A stretch of DNA of 64,000 nt from an uncultured Verrucomicrobiae bacterium (GCA_963812605.1 CAWEWF010000006.1:128001-192000), one strand, 5' to 3'. Positions 20,946 through 32,215 are shown, counted from the first letter of the stretch. Numbers and translations: made by a program. The notes: generated by a model not told the origin, from the sequence alone.

Positions 20946-22505
20946 TTACGTCAGCCTGCCTTGCAATGCCTTTTCAGAAACCAATCCAATTGCGATGGTT
21001 AATTCGGTTTCAAAGGCCCGAGTAACGTCCACAAGCCCCGATTTGGCATGTGTGGCTTCATGTATCAACGTTCCCGCATAATCTTTAACAGAGTTCAGTT
21101 GCTTCCGAAGAACAATAATTGTTTCGGAGGCCGGATCCCAAAGACCAAGGGTCTCATCTTCTGACGAGAAATCCTTACGCATCGTCTTTGAGATTTTGAT
21201 GTCTCGCACAATTCTCGGCTTGCCACCGACAAGTCCTAAAATATCATTCGATAAATTAAAAATCGTCCGCTCCTTCTCGCTGAGCCTTTCTATCGGAACA
21301 AACTCAAATTCGAAGCTGTCATTATAGTTCGTTACAAATTGCGAAATATCGACAATCGGTCTGCCCGAAAAATCCGTACTGCCCTTTATTTTGTCCTTGA
21401 GGTTCTCCGGGATCGAAACAATTTGATGTCCGCTCGCTTTGGCCTCTTGGATCATGTCTGGATGCATCATGATGTCCACCGATGAAACAAACAGAACCTT
21501 CCTGTCCTGATTGAGGATTTTGACAGCATGCTCCTGCACGTCTATCCACGAAAGTTCGTCATGAGCTGTTCCTTCATCAATTTTCTGCAAATCGTCAGCC
21601 AGAAGCGTTGCTACCTTGGCGGATTTACAGTTAAGCAGCGTCTTCTTCACGCAGTCAGTGTAAGCCGTTCTTCCAACGTTTGATCTTTCGCGATTGAGAG
21701 CCTTTTTAATGGGAGCGGTTAACTGCGTAATGTTGTAGCTAAAAAGAAAGTTCTCTTCTTCAGCAACCCTAACACCGTTAATGTAGATCTTGCCGGTGCT
21801 CCCAACTTTACCCACCACGTCTCCCGCCTTTGTTGATTCCAAGACCTGCTCCCCGGTAAACCTCAGAAACAAATTCTTTGCCCTGGCGATGTCATCGTCA
21901 GTTACGCCATCAATTATAAATTCCGTCCCAACAAATGTGTCGTCTGTTGGATCAGAAATATTGGCGTGTAAAGTAATGATGTCTGAAAAACCTTCCTTGG
22001 CGGATCTCGAAAGGGTTATGTCGCCAAACTTTGCCCTGATCAGAACCTTGATTCCCTTCCTGTCAAAGGTTGCCAAGGCGTCTTTTAAGCCAATGCCAAA
22101 TTTACCGATCACCCTTGGGTTTGACAGCTTCTCCTGATTCTCGTTTTGAGTGAGGTGGGTGTATTTCAATCCTCTTCCGTAATCTCTAATGCGCCACTGC
22201 TTGCCCTGCTTGGTAATCTCAACATCGCGTGTATTCGTTAGAAGCTGTTCGTCGAGTGCGTTGGCAATAATCTCACGAATGGCGTGAGATGTTTCCCAAT
22301 TCTCAAGGATTCGTTCGATGTTAAGGTCGAATTGTTTCACAGGGCCATGTTTGGAAAGGTTTCCTGCCGCTCCATCGAATGCAGAACCCGCCTGTGGAAC
22401 AACCAAGTCTGTTCCACACTTGGGGCAATTGACAGATGTGCCCGCCCCGGCCTCATCAATTGCAATATGCTGTCCGCACTTCTTACACGCAAAGGTGATG
22501 TCCAT
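20946..22505 (-). CDS. Zn-ribbon + GHKL ATPase + HExxH metallopeptidase-like protein
   Basis: CxxC...CxxC; REIIANALD, DYGRG, GKFGIG, GT; C-terminal LIHEATH; GGAGG RBS. Confidence 0.8.
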   Translation of the reverse strand: MDITFACKKCGQHIAIDEAGAGTSVNCPKCGTDLVVPQAGSAFDGAAGNLSKHGPVKQFDLNIERILENWETSHAIREIIANALDEQLLTNTRDVEITKQGKQWRIRDYGRGLKYTHLTQNENQEKLSNPRVIGKFGIGLKDALATFDRKGIKVLIRAKFGDITLSRSAKEGFSDIITLHANISDPTDDTFVGTEFIIDGVTDDDIARAKNLFLRFTGEQVLESTKAGDVVGKVGSTGKIYINGVRVAEEENFLFSYNITQLTAPIKKALNRERSNVGRTAYTDCVKKTLLNCKSAKVATLLADDLQKIDEGTAHDELSWIDVQEHAVKILNQDRKVLFVSSVDIMMHPDMIQEAKASGHQIVSIPENLKDKIKGSTDFSGRPIVDISQFVTNYNDSFEFEFVPIERLSEKERTIFNLSNDILGLVGGKPRIVRDIKISKTMRKDFSSEDETLGLWDPASETIIVLRKQLNSVKDYAGTLIHEATHAKSGLVDVTRAFETELTIAIGLVSEKALQGRLT

Positions 22506-22714
22506 GCTGGCTCCTCCAGTTCCTTGTATCCTACATCGGGACTGCTTTTGCTGGCAACGCTCCAGAACTGGCCTGTGAACGTTTAGGATAGTAGTTACAC
22601 ACATTGAAATTCGACATTCCAAATCAGCATTGATTTTGGTAGCATCCGCTCGGTCGGTTCCTCTGACCAGGCTCAAATTCGGCGTAGAATGCAGTTGCCT
22701 TTGTCGCTGTTTGT

Positions 22715-23421
22715 CAGACATGAGCAGCAAGACCACCGATTTGATCTTGCGATGGCCACTCTCGCTGCGGAACAAAATGAAGAACCGTTGTTTGTTCGTA
22801 ATCTTGAGAACATTCAAGGAGACGAGCGCGATATCATGATTATTTCTTGCACCTACGGGCCACACACACCGGGCGGAACGCCGACCCAGCGATTTGGCCC
22901 ATTGAATCGAGAAGGCGGTGAGCGCCGTTTCAATGTTTTAATCACCCGCGCCAAGTGGCGAATGGAAGTCTTCTCCTCGATCCGCAGCGACCAGATTCTT
23001 GCAGATGGCAAACGGCAAGGCGTTCGTGACTTCCATCTATTTCTGAAATACGCAGAAAGTGGCATTTTGACCGACCGAGGGGAGGCAACCGGAAGGCAAC
23101 CCGACTCTCCCTTTGAAATTCAGGTGGAAGCCGTTCTCTCGATCCGGTTTTGCTGTCGAGCGCCAGGTCGGCGTGGCTGGTTACTTCATTGATTTGGCTG
23201 TGAAACATCCACATCACGCCGGGCTGTTCGCACTCGGTATTGAATGTGATGGAGCAACGTATCATTCTAGTCGCGCCGCGAGAGATCGTGATCGTCTCCG
23301 TGAGAAAGTTCTCAAGGAACGCGGATGGAATCTCCATCGTATTTGGTCAACGGATTGGTTTGTTAACCCACAGCAAGCAAAAGCAAAGTTGATCCAAGCG
23401 GTGAATCTTGCGTGTAGGTGA
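22715..23421 (+). pseudogene. C-terminal fragment of a DUF4011-type helicase (AAA_12 + Vsr/MTES_1575-like nuclease); frameshift near 23140
   Basis: NLENIQGDERD, FGPLN..GGERRFNVLITRAK, DSPFE, QVG.AGYFIDL, GIECDGATYHSS..ARDRDRLR, RIWSTDW. Confidence 0.85.
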
Positions 23422-23571
23422 AATCGGCGGAACCTGATCTAGAGGTCGGTCTACCGGTAAGGCTTGCGGAAGTGGTTGTCGCCATCCAGATGAAAACTTC
23501 CCGCCAGGTTTCGCCGTCGTTCCATCCATCGGCAACAACTAGTTCTTGCGAACGTCAGCCAAATGTAGCAG

Positions 23572-24493
23572 TTAAGCAATCAGCAAACAATTCGCCTGCT
23601 CGTCCATCACCAATTTCCCGCAGCCAGTGCCGCCCGTCAGCAGGTCAACCACCACAGCGTCGCCAATGAGTTTTTCCACGGCGTCACGCATCGGGCGCGC
23701 CCCGAGCTTGGGATGGAAACCGCGACGGACAAGGAATGGCAGCACGGCATCGTCCGGTGTGAGTTCGTGGCCTTTAACTTTCAGGAACTCTAATTCCTGA
23801 GTCAGCAGAAGCTGCGCGATCTCCAACTGGTGGTCGTAAGTCAGTCGGTTGAAGACCAGCTTCTCCGTGATACGCGCATACAATTCAGGGCGCATCTGAT
23901 TGTTGTGCGCGCGTCAGGACGTGGCGTTCCATCGTGGCCGGCGTTGAGTATTGCAGGTTCATCAAGTCGGCGCTGCCGATGTTAGATGTGAACACGACGT
24001 AGAACCCACTCAATTCCAGCGTCTCACCGCTGGCCATCGTCACGCGTGCTGCGTCCAGGATTTGCAGAAAGACATCCAGCACGCGGGGATGTGCCTTTTC
24101 GATTTCGTCAAACAGCAGCGTGCCGACTCTCGACTTGTCATAGACCATCCCCAACGTCCCCCGCTCACCGAGCTTGCCGCCAAGCAACAGCCCCAAACTC
24201 TCCTGAGTCTGATATTCCGACATGTCAAAACGAAACACGTGATCTTTGCTCATCAGAAAACTGGTGAAAGCCAGTGTGACTTCAGTCTTACCCACGCCGG
24301 TCGGGCCAAGGAACAGAAAACTTCCTCGCGGGCGGCCTAGCTTCGTCAGGCCGAGTTCACCGCGCTGAAGTAGCGACACGATCCGCGGCAACACATGATC
24401 CTGTCCGCGAATGCGCTGCCGCAGAGGCAATTCCAATTCATGCAGTTTTTCATTGCGAGTTTGCCGGAGGGATAGTCGTTTTCATCGGCTCAT
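23572..24493 (-). CDS. Stand-alone ClpA/ClpB D2-type AAA+ ATPase (frameshifted near 23890 and at the 5' end)
   Basis: RIRGQD, FLFLGPTGVGKT, DMSEYQ, FDEIEKAHP, TSN, RPEL..RI, GARPMR; no N, D1 or M domain. Confidence 0.85.
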
Positions 24494-24515
24494 ATGTTGC
24501 CGCCCCCGTGAAAAT

Positions 24516-24533
24516 TGTTCCCAAACGGGAACA
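24516..24533. repeat. ICE palindrome copy 2
   Basis: TGTTCCCAAACGGGAACA between the divergent clpB-like and virB2 starts. Confidence 0.95.
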
Positions 24534-24568
24534 GCAAGCGCGGCTAATCCGCTGTACAACGCTGGCAC

Positions 24569-24872
24569 ATGAAAACAATATTCTTCACATACGACACTGC
24601 GGTTCGCTCCGATTCTGGCTCAGGCTGGCGGCGGCACGACCTTAACGCAAGGCACCAGCAGCGCGTTGGGCATCGTCATGCTCATCGGGTTCCTCTTCGG
24701 GACAATTTGCGTGATTAGCGGCGGGTTTGCGATTCGCCGTGGCGACACCGATTCCGGGAAACTCTCCATCGTCGGCGGCCTCATCATCGCCGGCGCTCCC
24801 GTGATCGTAAAGGCACTTTTCGTCGCGTTCGGCATCGGCACTTCCACTGTTGACGTGGGTACATTCCAATGA
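24569..24872 (+). CDS. VirB2/TrbC-like pilin (frameshift near 24600)
   Basis: Leader ending ILAQA, two hydrophobic helices, GGLIIAGAP; first gene of the T4SS operon. Confidence 0.7.
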
Positions 24873-25194
24873 ACAACCAAACGCTAAGACTGACCGAGAC
24901 CAACAGCGCCGACGATTCCAAAGGGCGGACATGGGGGCTGGAAGGCAATCTATTCTGGTACATGACCGGCGGCTGCTTCGCATCCGTGATGACATTGTTG
25001 ATTACGTTCAGCGTCGCGAAGGTGTCATTTCAGGTTCCTTGGTATTCGCGGCAATTCCGTTACTGCTCACGCTCCTGTACGTATATGGCTTCCGACAGGG
25101 AAAACCGCCGGGCTACGACACGGATTGTTTGGATTAATGGATCAAGGGTTCTGGCTTCGGCCCTGATTTGTGCCGCCAGCCCGGTATCCGCTAA
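24869..25194 (+). CDS. VirB3-like membrane protein (frameshift and in-frame stop)
   Basis: Two TMs, KPPGY..D motif; sits between pilin and VirB4. Confidence 0.55.
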
Positions 25195-25203
25195 AGGGCC
25201 AAC

Positions 25204-27928
25204 ATGTTCGATAACGCCCCACACGGCTATTTCATCCGCGACCTGATTGTCTTCAACGGTCTGCGCCAGGGCTGCTTCGTTTCCAAAGGATTCATCTTCG
25301 AACCACCCGACCTCGACAACGCACAGGTCTCCGACCTGAACGAGTTCCAGGAACAAATCACACTCCTGCTGGCATCGCTCGGCGACGCTCGACGGCTACA
25401 AGTGCAATTTTACTGCGACTCGGACTACCGCGCCCCGCTGCTCCGCTACAACAGGAAACCGAGAAGATGCAGAACGTCTGGACGAAACGCTGCCGCAACG
25501 AGAGGTTCATGCGTTACTGGCAGGCGATGGCAGACCGCAATCTCCGCCGTCAGCGTCTCATCCTCTACATCTCGCGCAAGATAGACACCTCGCCGAAGGC
25601 CACCAGCACCGCCGAGGCGCTGGCGGCGTTCTACGAGATGACGCTGGAGCAGATGCAGGCGGAATTCGCCCAGGTCCACGAGATGCTGGCCAGCATTTTC
25701 TCCGGCCAGGGCGCACGCATCATCCCGATGACCGATGCCGACCATTACCGGCACTACAAGATGTTCCTGAATCCGTCTCTGGCCGACCGTTTCGATTACG
25801 ATATTTTCGACGCCTTCGACCCGGAGTTTCCATCCAGGAGAACTGCTGGCACTGCGAAGGCAACGGCCAGACCGATTTCGGTTTCTGCATGGACGGCCAT
25901 TACCACTCCATCATCGCCCTCACGCGCTGGCCGAAAATGACCTATCCCGGGATCGTCCACCGCCTCACCAATCTGCGGCTGCTCGACTACACGATCACGG
26001 TCAACGTCGATCCGCTGCCCGTCCGCCAGGAAATCCTCAAGGAGGAAAAGGAACACGACCGTATCGCCGGCGACTACGCCAGCGAAAAGAAAATGTCACT
26101 GCTGACCGTGATGGAAAAGAAGCAGCACAAAATCGCCGCACTCGCAGGGACACGCTGCCGTTCCACGCGCAATTCATCGTGCGCATGTGGGACAAGACCA
26201 AGGACGGTTTGTCCGCAAAGACCAGCGCGATCAAGAACGCCATCAACTCGATGAACAGCGCGCAGTATTTCGAGAGCACTCTGCCAAGCACATCGAGAAA
26301 GCTGTTTTTCCAGACGTGGCCGGGCTGGACATGGGGACGTTACGAACATCGCAAACTTTACTGCGAAAGCCGTTACCTCGCCGACATGCTCCCGTTCTGC
26401 GCCACCTTCACCGGTCACCTGGAAACCGCCGAGGCGATCTACGAAGGCTCGGCGAGCAATCTCGTCGGCATCAAGACGTTCTCAGGGCAGGCGTCGAACG
26501 TCTCGCCGCAGCACGCCGTGTTGCTGGGCATGAGCGGAGCGGGCAAGTCCGTGACGGTATGCGATCTGCTTTCGCAAACCGAAGGCTACTTCGCTTACAC
26601 CGTCATCATCGAGGAAGGACTGTCCTACGGCATCTACACGCAGACGGTTGATCCCGACGCCAAGCCAATCATCATCCAGCCGGACGGCAACATGACCATC
26701 AATTATCTCGACACGAAAGGTCTGCCGCTGACGCCCGACCATCTCGCGTCCGCGACGGCGCTGGTTGCGCGCATGGTTGGCCTCAGCCAGCACGAAGACA
26801 AACAGATGCTCCGGCAGGCGCAAATCGCCAAGTACATCAATCTGCTTTACGAGGATGTTTTCCAGGACTGGTCGAGCAAACGCTCCGACCAACTGCTTGA
26901 CATCGCCCGGCATGCCTACGCTTTGAGCCACTACCGGCACGAAAGATGCCGCCCGGCGCAACGACGCTCGAAGCCTTTGCGGACTTCCGCGACTGGAAAG
27001 CGAAGCACGAGGACGAAGCCCGCGCGTATCTCGACCAGTTCGACGAAGGTGAGGTTCTCAAGTTTCTCAAAGACCCCAACACGAGCAAAGAGGTCCGCAA
27101 CCTCGCGTTCGCCTATTTCACAGCGGAAGAATTTCCGACGCACCGGATGTTGCAGGAGTTGATGTTCCTCGATGCGTCCGGGGCTGAGCGCGATCAAATC
27201 CACGAGATCGCTACGCTGCTCCTGCCGTGGTGTCGCGACGGCAACTACGGTGCGCTGTTCGACGGCGTCACCAACATGTCCCTGACCGGGAAGATTGCCC
27301 ACTTCGAGTTGGGATACATCCCGGACTCGGCGAAGGAATTGCGAGCCGCGGCCGGGTTCCTGATCACCAACGATGCTCGCAAACACATCATCACCCTGCC
27401 CCGCGCCGTTGCGGAAACGAAACGTATACGAGGAAGTCGCCCGCTTCCTCGACATCCCCGGCGGCGAGGAGATCGTCAAGGAGAGCTACGCGCAGCTTCG
27501 GAAGTTCAACTGCTGGAACATCTCGATCGTACAGCAGTACGCCCGCTTTAAGCAGAGCCGCATCCGCTCGGCGGTGTTCGGCAACAGTCGGCAATTTTTC
27601 CTGATGCGTCAGAACGACCGGGCTGACATCGATGACATCAGCCAGGATATCGCCATCCCGGAAATTACCAAGCACACCATCATGAACTATCCCGCTCCCC
27701 GACCATCAGGTCGGGCAGAAGTATGCGGCGTTCACCTATCTGCAAATCGACTCCCTCCGACCGATTTGCGGGACAGTTCACAACATCACCTCACCCGAGA
27801 TGCTGTATTGCAGCAGTTCCAGTGGCCAACATTTTGAGAAGCGGGCCAAGGAACTGCGTGGCAGTACCAACGTCGTCGAGGGCATCATCCGCCACGCCAG
27901 TCCCACCCCGGTAGCCGAACCCGTATGA
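25204..27928 (+). CDS. virB4: VirB4/TrbE conjugative ATPase (multiple frameshifts)
   Basis: Walker A GMSGAGKS, Walker B VYEEV, LRKFNC...IVQ; fragments across several frames. Confidence 0.85.
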
Positions 27929-28337
27929 AAACACCCCCTCTCATCATCCTCGCCTGCGTTTCACTCCTGATAACCGGCTGCGCCGCCTCGCGACCCATTG
28001 GCGATCTAGCAATGGGCGCCGGCGGCGCAGCACTCGCCAATGACTTGTCCCATGGCAATTTAGCCATCACCGCCGCCGGCGCCGCCGGTGGCGTCCTTGT
28101 CAGCGAGGGGCTGCACTACGCCAGTCAGAAGCAGGCCGGGAACGCTTACAACTCCGGCTACGAGAAGGGGCGCAGTGACGCTGTGAAACAGCAGTACTGG
28201 ATATTGGTCAACCAACAAAAGGAGAAAGCCGAGCAGAACCAAGACAACATCCGTTACTACGAGATCCCGGTCCCGAACAAACCATCGACGGAACAATTCT
28301 AAACCCAACAACCAAACTCCTACGAATCGAGGAATAA
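27925..28337 (+). CDS. T4SS-associated lipoprotein (frameshift near 28275)
   Basis: Lipobox LITGC, glycine-zipper, GYEKGRSDAVK. Confidence 0.7.
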
Positions 28338-28341
28338 GGCC

Positions 28342-29144
28342 ATGAAACATATGCTCGCCGTTATCACCGCCAGCTTGCTCTGCGCCGCATCCAGCCGCGC
28401 CCAGTACGTCGTGTACGACCCCGCGATGCACTCACAAACCATCATTGATGAAGCCCGGAACATGGCTGAGTTCGTGCAGATGATCGACAATCAGGTCCAG
28501 CAAATCACCACGATGACCTCGCAGCTGCAGCAGTTTGGTAATCCGGCTTTGGTAATCCGCGAATCCTCAATCTGGCTGGCTTCACGGGCTTGATTTCCGA
28601 CCTCCAAAATACCGGCGTAGGTCAGGCCTTTGGCCAGCTCGAAAATCTCGCCCAAGGAGTCAATGCCATGGAATACGACGCCAACGGCCTGTATCACAAC
28701 GTGGGGAGGACGTTCACCACCCCCGATGGCCATTCCGTGTCGCGAGCCGCCAACCTCTACCGTCAATTCGCCGCCATTAATGAGACGACCCGGAACTTCA
28801 CCGGTGTGTATGCCGACGTGATTTCCCGCCGCGACTCGCTCCGGCAAGACATTGCCACCACCACCGAACAACTTCGGGCAGCCACCACCGCCTCGGAGGT
28901 ACAAAAGCTCACGGGCATCTTGATTGGACTCAACGCCGAGCTTTCCGCCACGGACAAGGAACTCGACCACGCCACCAGCGTGAGCCTTGTCCAGAATGCC
29001 GAGAACCAGAACGACCAGGCCAAGCAGCAACAGGCGCGTGTCGAGGAGCAACAGGCCGAGTTTTCGGAAGGAATCCGTAAGTACAACAACACGATGGCTC
29101 TCAGCACAGAACCGGCCGCGTTCACGGACAACGCCCATGAGTAA
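28342..29144 (+). CDS. VirB5/TrbJ-like protein (frameshifted)
   Basis: Signal peptide then QYVVYDP, Q-rich coiled coil. Confidence 0.75.
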
Positions 29145-29301
29145 AAAATCGATCGTCGCCTTCGTTGCCGCCTTGGTGATTGCCACAGTGGTTGGCGCCG
29201 TGCTCACCGCGCGGCAGGCTAATCCAAGGCGGGCAACTTCTCCAGCCGCCCAAATCAATAAGGCGTTGAATCTCGCCACCGCGTCGCCGCACTTCCCTTA
29301 A
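29137..29301 (+). CDS. Small membrane protein between virB5 and virB6 (entry-exclusion position)
   Basis: 54 aa MSKKSIVAFVAALVIATVVGAV...; position only. Confidence 0.45.
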   Translation: MSKKSIVAFVAALVIATVVGAVLTARQANPRRATSPAAQINKALNLATASPHFP

Positions 29302-29311
29302 TGGTAGTTGC

Positions 29312-30457
29312 ATGAACAACTTCGACACTCTATTTCCGAACTTTGCGGCAAGTTGCTCCGCCTTGAAATCGGTGTTGATGCCGGTGGCGTATCTACTTCT
29401 CGTCACCGGCATGGTGTTGTCCATGATCGCGGGTCGGCGCAGCGCCGGGCCCGTCCTACGAGGGCTGGGACGGACCATCGTGTACATCATCGTCCTCACG
29501 CAGTTGGTGAATTGGGGCAATCAGATTGCCACCATTATCGATAGCACGGTCACCAATGTTCTTCACGCCGATCCCAGTAACGTGTACCAGCAATACAATC
29601 AGGCGTTGCAGGCCCAGCAATCCACTACGTCTCAAAACAGTTGGTGGGAAAGACTGTTTAATGTGGGCACGTCCATCTTTGAGGCGCTTATCTCTGGCCT
29701 GCTCTGGATCTTCGGTTTACTGGCCAGTGTCATTGTTTTCTACGCCTACCTGGTCCAAAAGTTCATTCTCTACCTCGGCTACGCTCTCTCGCCGATCTTC
29801 ATCGGCTTTCTGGCGATTCGCGCCCTGAACCAAATCGGTACGAACTATCTGTTGTCGCTCGTCGGGGTCATGCTCTGGCCACTCGGCTGGGCGGCAGCCT
29901 CACTGGTCACGGGAGGATTGATCACTTTCATGACCGACCAGAGTTTTCTTTGGAATCAGTCGCTTGGCGGGGCGGCGGGGTACGCGTTTCAGAATTTCAT
30001 CGGGGTCGCTGCGCTCGGCCTGTGGGTGATCTTCAGCACCATTGCCGCGCCTCTCATCATTCAACGAGCCATCACTCACGGCATTCAGGCCGGTGCCGCT
30101 CTGGTCAGCGGAGTGACTACCGCCGCGACCACTGCCGCCACTGGCGGATTCATTGCGGCCGGAACTTTCGGAGCAGGTGGAGGCGTTACCGGGGCGGTGA
30201 TGGCCGCCGCCGGTGGTGTCACGGCAGCCGGGGCCACGCTGGTTGGTTCTTCAATCAGCGGTAGCACGTACTCGCCGACAGGCTCGATGATTACGGCCTT
30301 GGGGCAGATGCGCAACGCAGGTGCGGGTGGGAAGAAGCATGGAAGTGACGATACGACCAAAACAACACAAGCGCCGGCCACCATGGACACAAGTGGCGAC
30401 AATGCCGTGCAAGCGTTGCTGCGCAAAACGAAGAACCCGCACACCCCATCAGCATGA
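29312..30457 (+). CDS. VirB6/TrbL-like inner-membrane protein
   Basis: Polytopic, LSPIFIGF, LWPLGW, Gly/Ala-rich C-terminal tail. Confidence 0.8.
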   Translation: MNNFDTLFPNFAASCSALKSVLMPVAYLLLVTGMVLSMIAGRRSAGPVLRGLGRTIVYIIVLTQLVNWGNQIATIIDSTVTNVLHADPSNVYQQYNQALQAQQSTTSQNSWWERLFNVGTSIFEALISGLLWIFGLLASVIVFYAYLVQKFILYLGYALSPIFIGFLAIRALNQIGTNYLLSLVGVMLWPLGWAAASLVTGGLITFMTDQSFLWNQSLGGAAGYAFQNFIGVAALGLWVIFSTIAAPLIIQRAITHGIQAGAALVSGVTTAATTAATGGFIAAGTFGAGGGVTGAVMAAAGGVTAAGATLVGSSISGSTYSPTGSMITALGQMRNAGAGGKKHGSDDTTKTTQAPATMDTSGDNAVQALLRKTKNPHTPSA

Positions 30458-31122
30458 ACACACTTGAGACAAAGCTCCGAGAAACCCCGGTGCCGAAAAC
30501 CGAGCGGCCCAATCTGTCCCGCAAGAAATTCGATCCGACGCGCATCTTCGTCGACCGGGACCGGCTCGCATGGTTCTGGTTTGTCGTGGCCGCACTGATT
30601 CTCGTGGGAGCGGCCATTGACCGCTTCTTTCTGGTGCAGACGTTCAAGCAGCGCGAGCGCGTGGTCGTTCTTGATCCATCCGGTACATTTCACCTTGCGC
30701 CACTACTGAAATTCGAGGAGGCCAAAGACCTCCACGCGGAGCAAAGCACACTGGCCACCGTCGCCTTTCTGGAGCGCAACCCCAAAGGCTTTGACCACGA
30801 TGATCTGCTAAAGCAGATGTTCTTGAAGAACGCCCTGGTCAAGGCTCAGACCTTACAGACTTTGGAAGGGGCGGAGTTCGTCGCGAAGCAACTGCATCAG
30901 AAAGTCGAGATTGCCAAAATCACGATTCTCCAGACCCGCGAGAACTTCGTTCTGACCCAGGTGAGCGGGCAACTCGTGCGCACTGGCATTTTCCAGGACA
31001 GAGCCTTCGCCGAAGCTGTCCCCTTCACCCTCGCCTTCAAGTTCCAGCGCAACCCCAATATGGTCCAGAACGGCAGATTCCCAACTGCCGTGTCCGACTT
31101 CAAATATGAAACATCTCCCTAA
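30454..31122 (+). CDS. VirB8/TrbF-like protein
   Basis: Single TM followed by VVVLD..G; C-terminal NP...NG.FP..V..F. Confidence 0.7.
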   Translation: MNTLETKLRETPVPKTERPNLSRKKFDPTRIFVDRDRLAWFWFVVAALILVGAAIDRFFLVQTFKQRERVVVLDPSGTFHLAPLLKFEEAKDLHAEQSTLATVAFLERNPKGFDHDDLLKQMFLKNALVKAQTLQTLEGAEFVAKQLHQKVEIAKITILQTRENFVLTQVSGQLVRTGIFQDRAFAEAVPFTLAFKFQRNPNMVQNGRFPTAVSDFKYETSP

Positions 31123-31993
31123 ACACATCGCCCTGCTATTCTTGCTGGGCCTTCAGTCAAGCTCCGCAAGGGGAGCCAACCCCATCGCGGAATACCGCCT
31201 GGACGAACATACCGTGTATCCAATCCCGGTATCCCGCAGCCACGTGACAACGATCAGTTTCCCCGGGCCGATCTCGGCGATTGATGCGGCGAATGTCACG
31301 AGCGACCCAAAAATCCCCGGACTGTTTCAAATCGCCCACACGAAGGGCTCGTATTTTGTGTCTGTGAGGGCGTTGGTCGATAGGGCGACGACCAATATGA
31401 ACATTCGGTGGAACAAGAAGACCTACGTGATCGAATTGGTCGAGAGTTCCTCACCGCTTTACTCCGTGATCTTTCAATACGACGCCGACGCCGACATCCA
31501 CCCCACCTCTGGTCGTGTCACACCGAACCGCCTAATAGCGCTCCTGGACAAGGCCAAGGCCTATCCGTTTCTCAAGGAGTACCACGCCGATGCCGTTGCC
31601 CAGGTCGACTATGTTAATTTCAGCAAGAACCCGCGTGTCCTGGACTACCGGGATTACGAGGTTCAACTCGACGAGGTTTTCCGGTTTAACCCCGAGGACA
31701 CGCTGATTTTCCGGATCCTCCTGCGCAACAATACCGACCAGCCGATTCAATATCGGCCCGAAGGCTTTTCACTCCGCGTCGGTGAACGGACATATCCAGA
31801 ATCGATCAGCGACGCGAGCGGCACAATCCCGCCGCAAGGCCAGGCGCCTGCGTACTTTGCCGTAACCGGGACACCCAACGGCGGACGCAATGACCTGTCT
31901 CTGAAGAACGATTTCACAGTCCTTCTCGACCGCATCGAGATGAACACACCACCGCCAAAACCGGTGCAGACCAAATCGAAACCGTTGAAATGA
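31106..31993 (+). CDS. VirB9/TraN-like outer-membrane core protein
   Basis: Signal peptide, VTTISFP, TNMNI; operon position. Confidence 0.65.
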   Translation: MKHLPKHIALLFLLGLQSSSARGANPIAEYRLDEHTVYPIPVSRSHVTTISFPGPISAIDAANVTSDPKIPGLFQIAHTKGSYFVSVRALVDRATTNMNIRWNKKTYVIELVESSSPLYSVIFQYDADADIHPTSGRVTPNRLIALLDKAKAYPFLKEYHADAVAQVDYVNFSKNPRVLDYRDYEVQLDEVFRFNPEDTLIFRILLRNNTDQPIQYRPEGFSLRVGERTYPESISDASGTIPPQGQAPAYFAVTGTPNGGRNDLSLKNDFTVLLDRIEMNTPPPKPVQTKSKPLK

Positions 31994-32215
31994 ACCCACG
32001 CAATGCCATCGCTTTCCTGCGCAGCCCGACCGGCATGCTTCTGTCCTTCGTCGTGGTGCTGATCTTCGCGATTGTACTCGTCAAAGGGTTCTACGACCCG
32101 AACAAGGGTAAGCCCAAGACTGCTGCTGTGCTAACGCCAGCCGAGAAAACAAATCGAACATCCCAGGTACTTCAGACGATCCAACGCGAAATCGTCCCCT
32201 TCAAGCCTCGCGGCG
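31990..32215 (+). pseudogene. N-terminal stub of probable VirB10/TrbI
   Basis: TM plus linker after virB9, then runs into non-coding-looking sequence containing palindrome copy 3. Confidence 0.5.

Noticed and set aside
22506-22865. 120-aa N-terminal extension of the GHKL protein
   Set aside because: Antisense to the helicase fragment; a strong RBS and the zinc ribbon support a start at 22505
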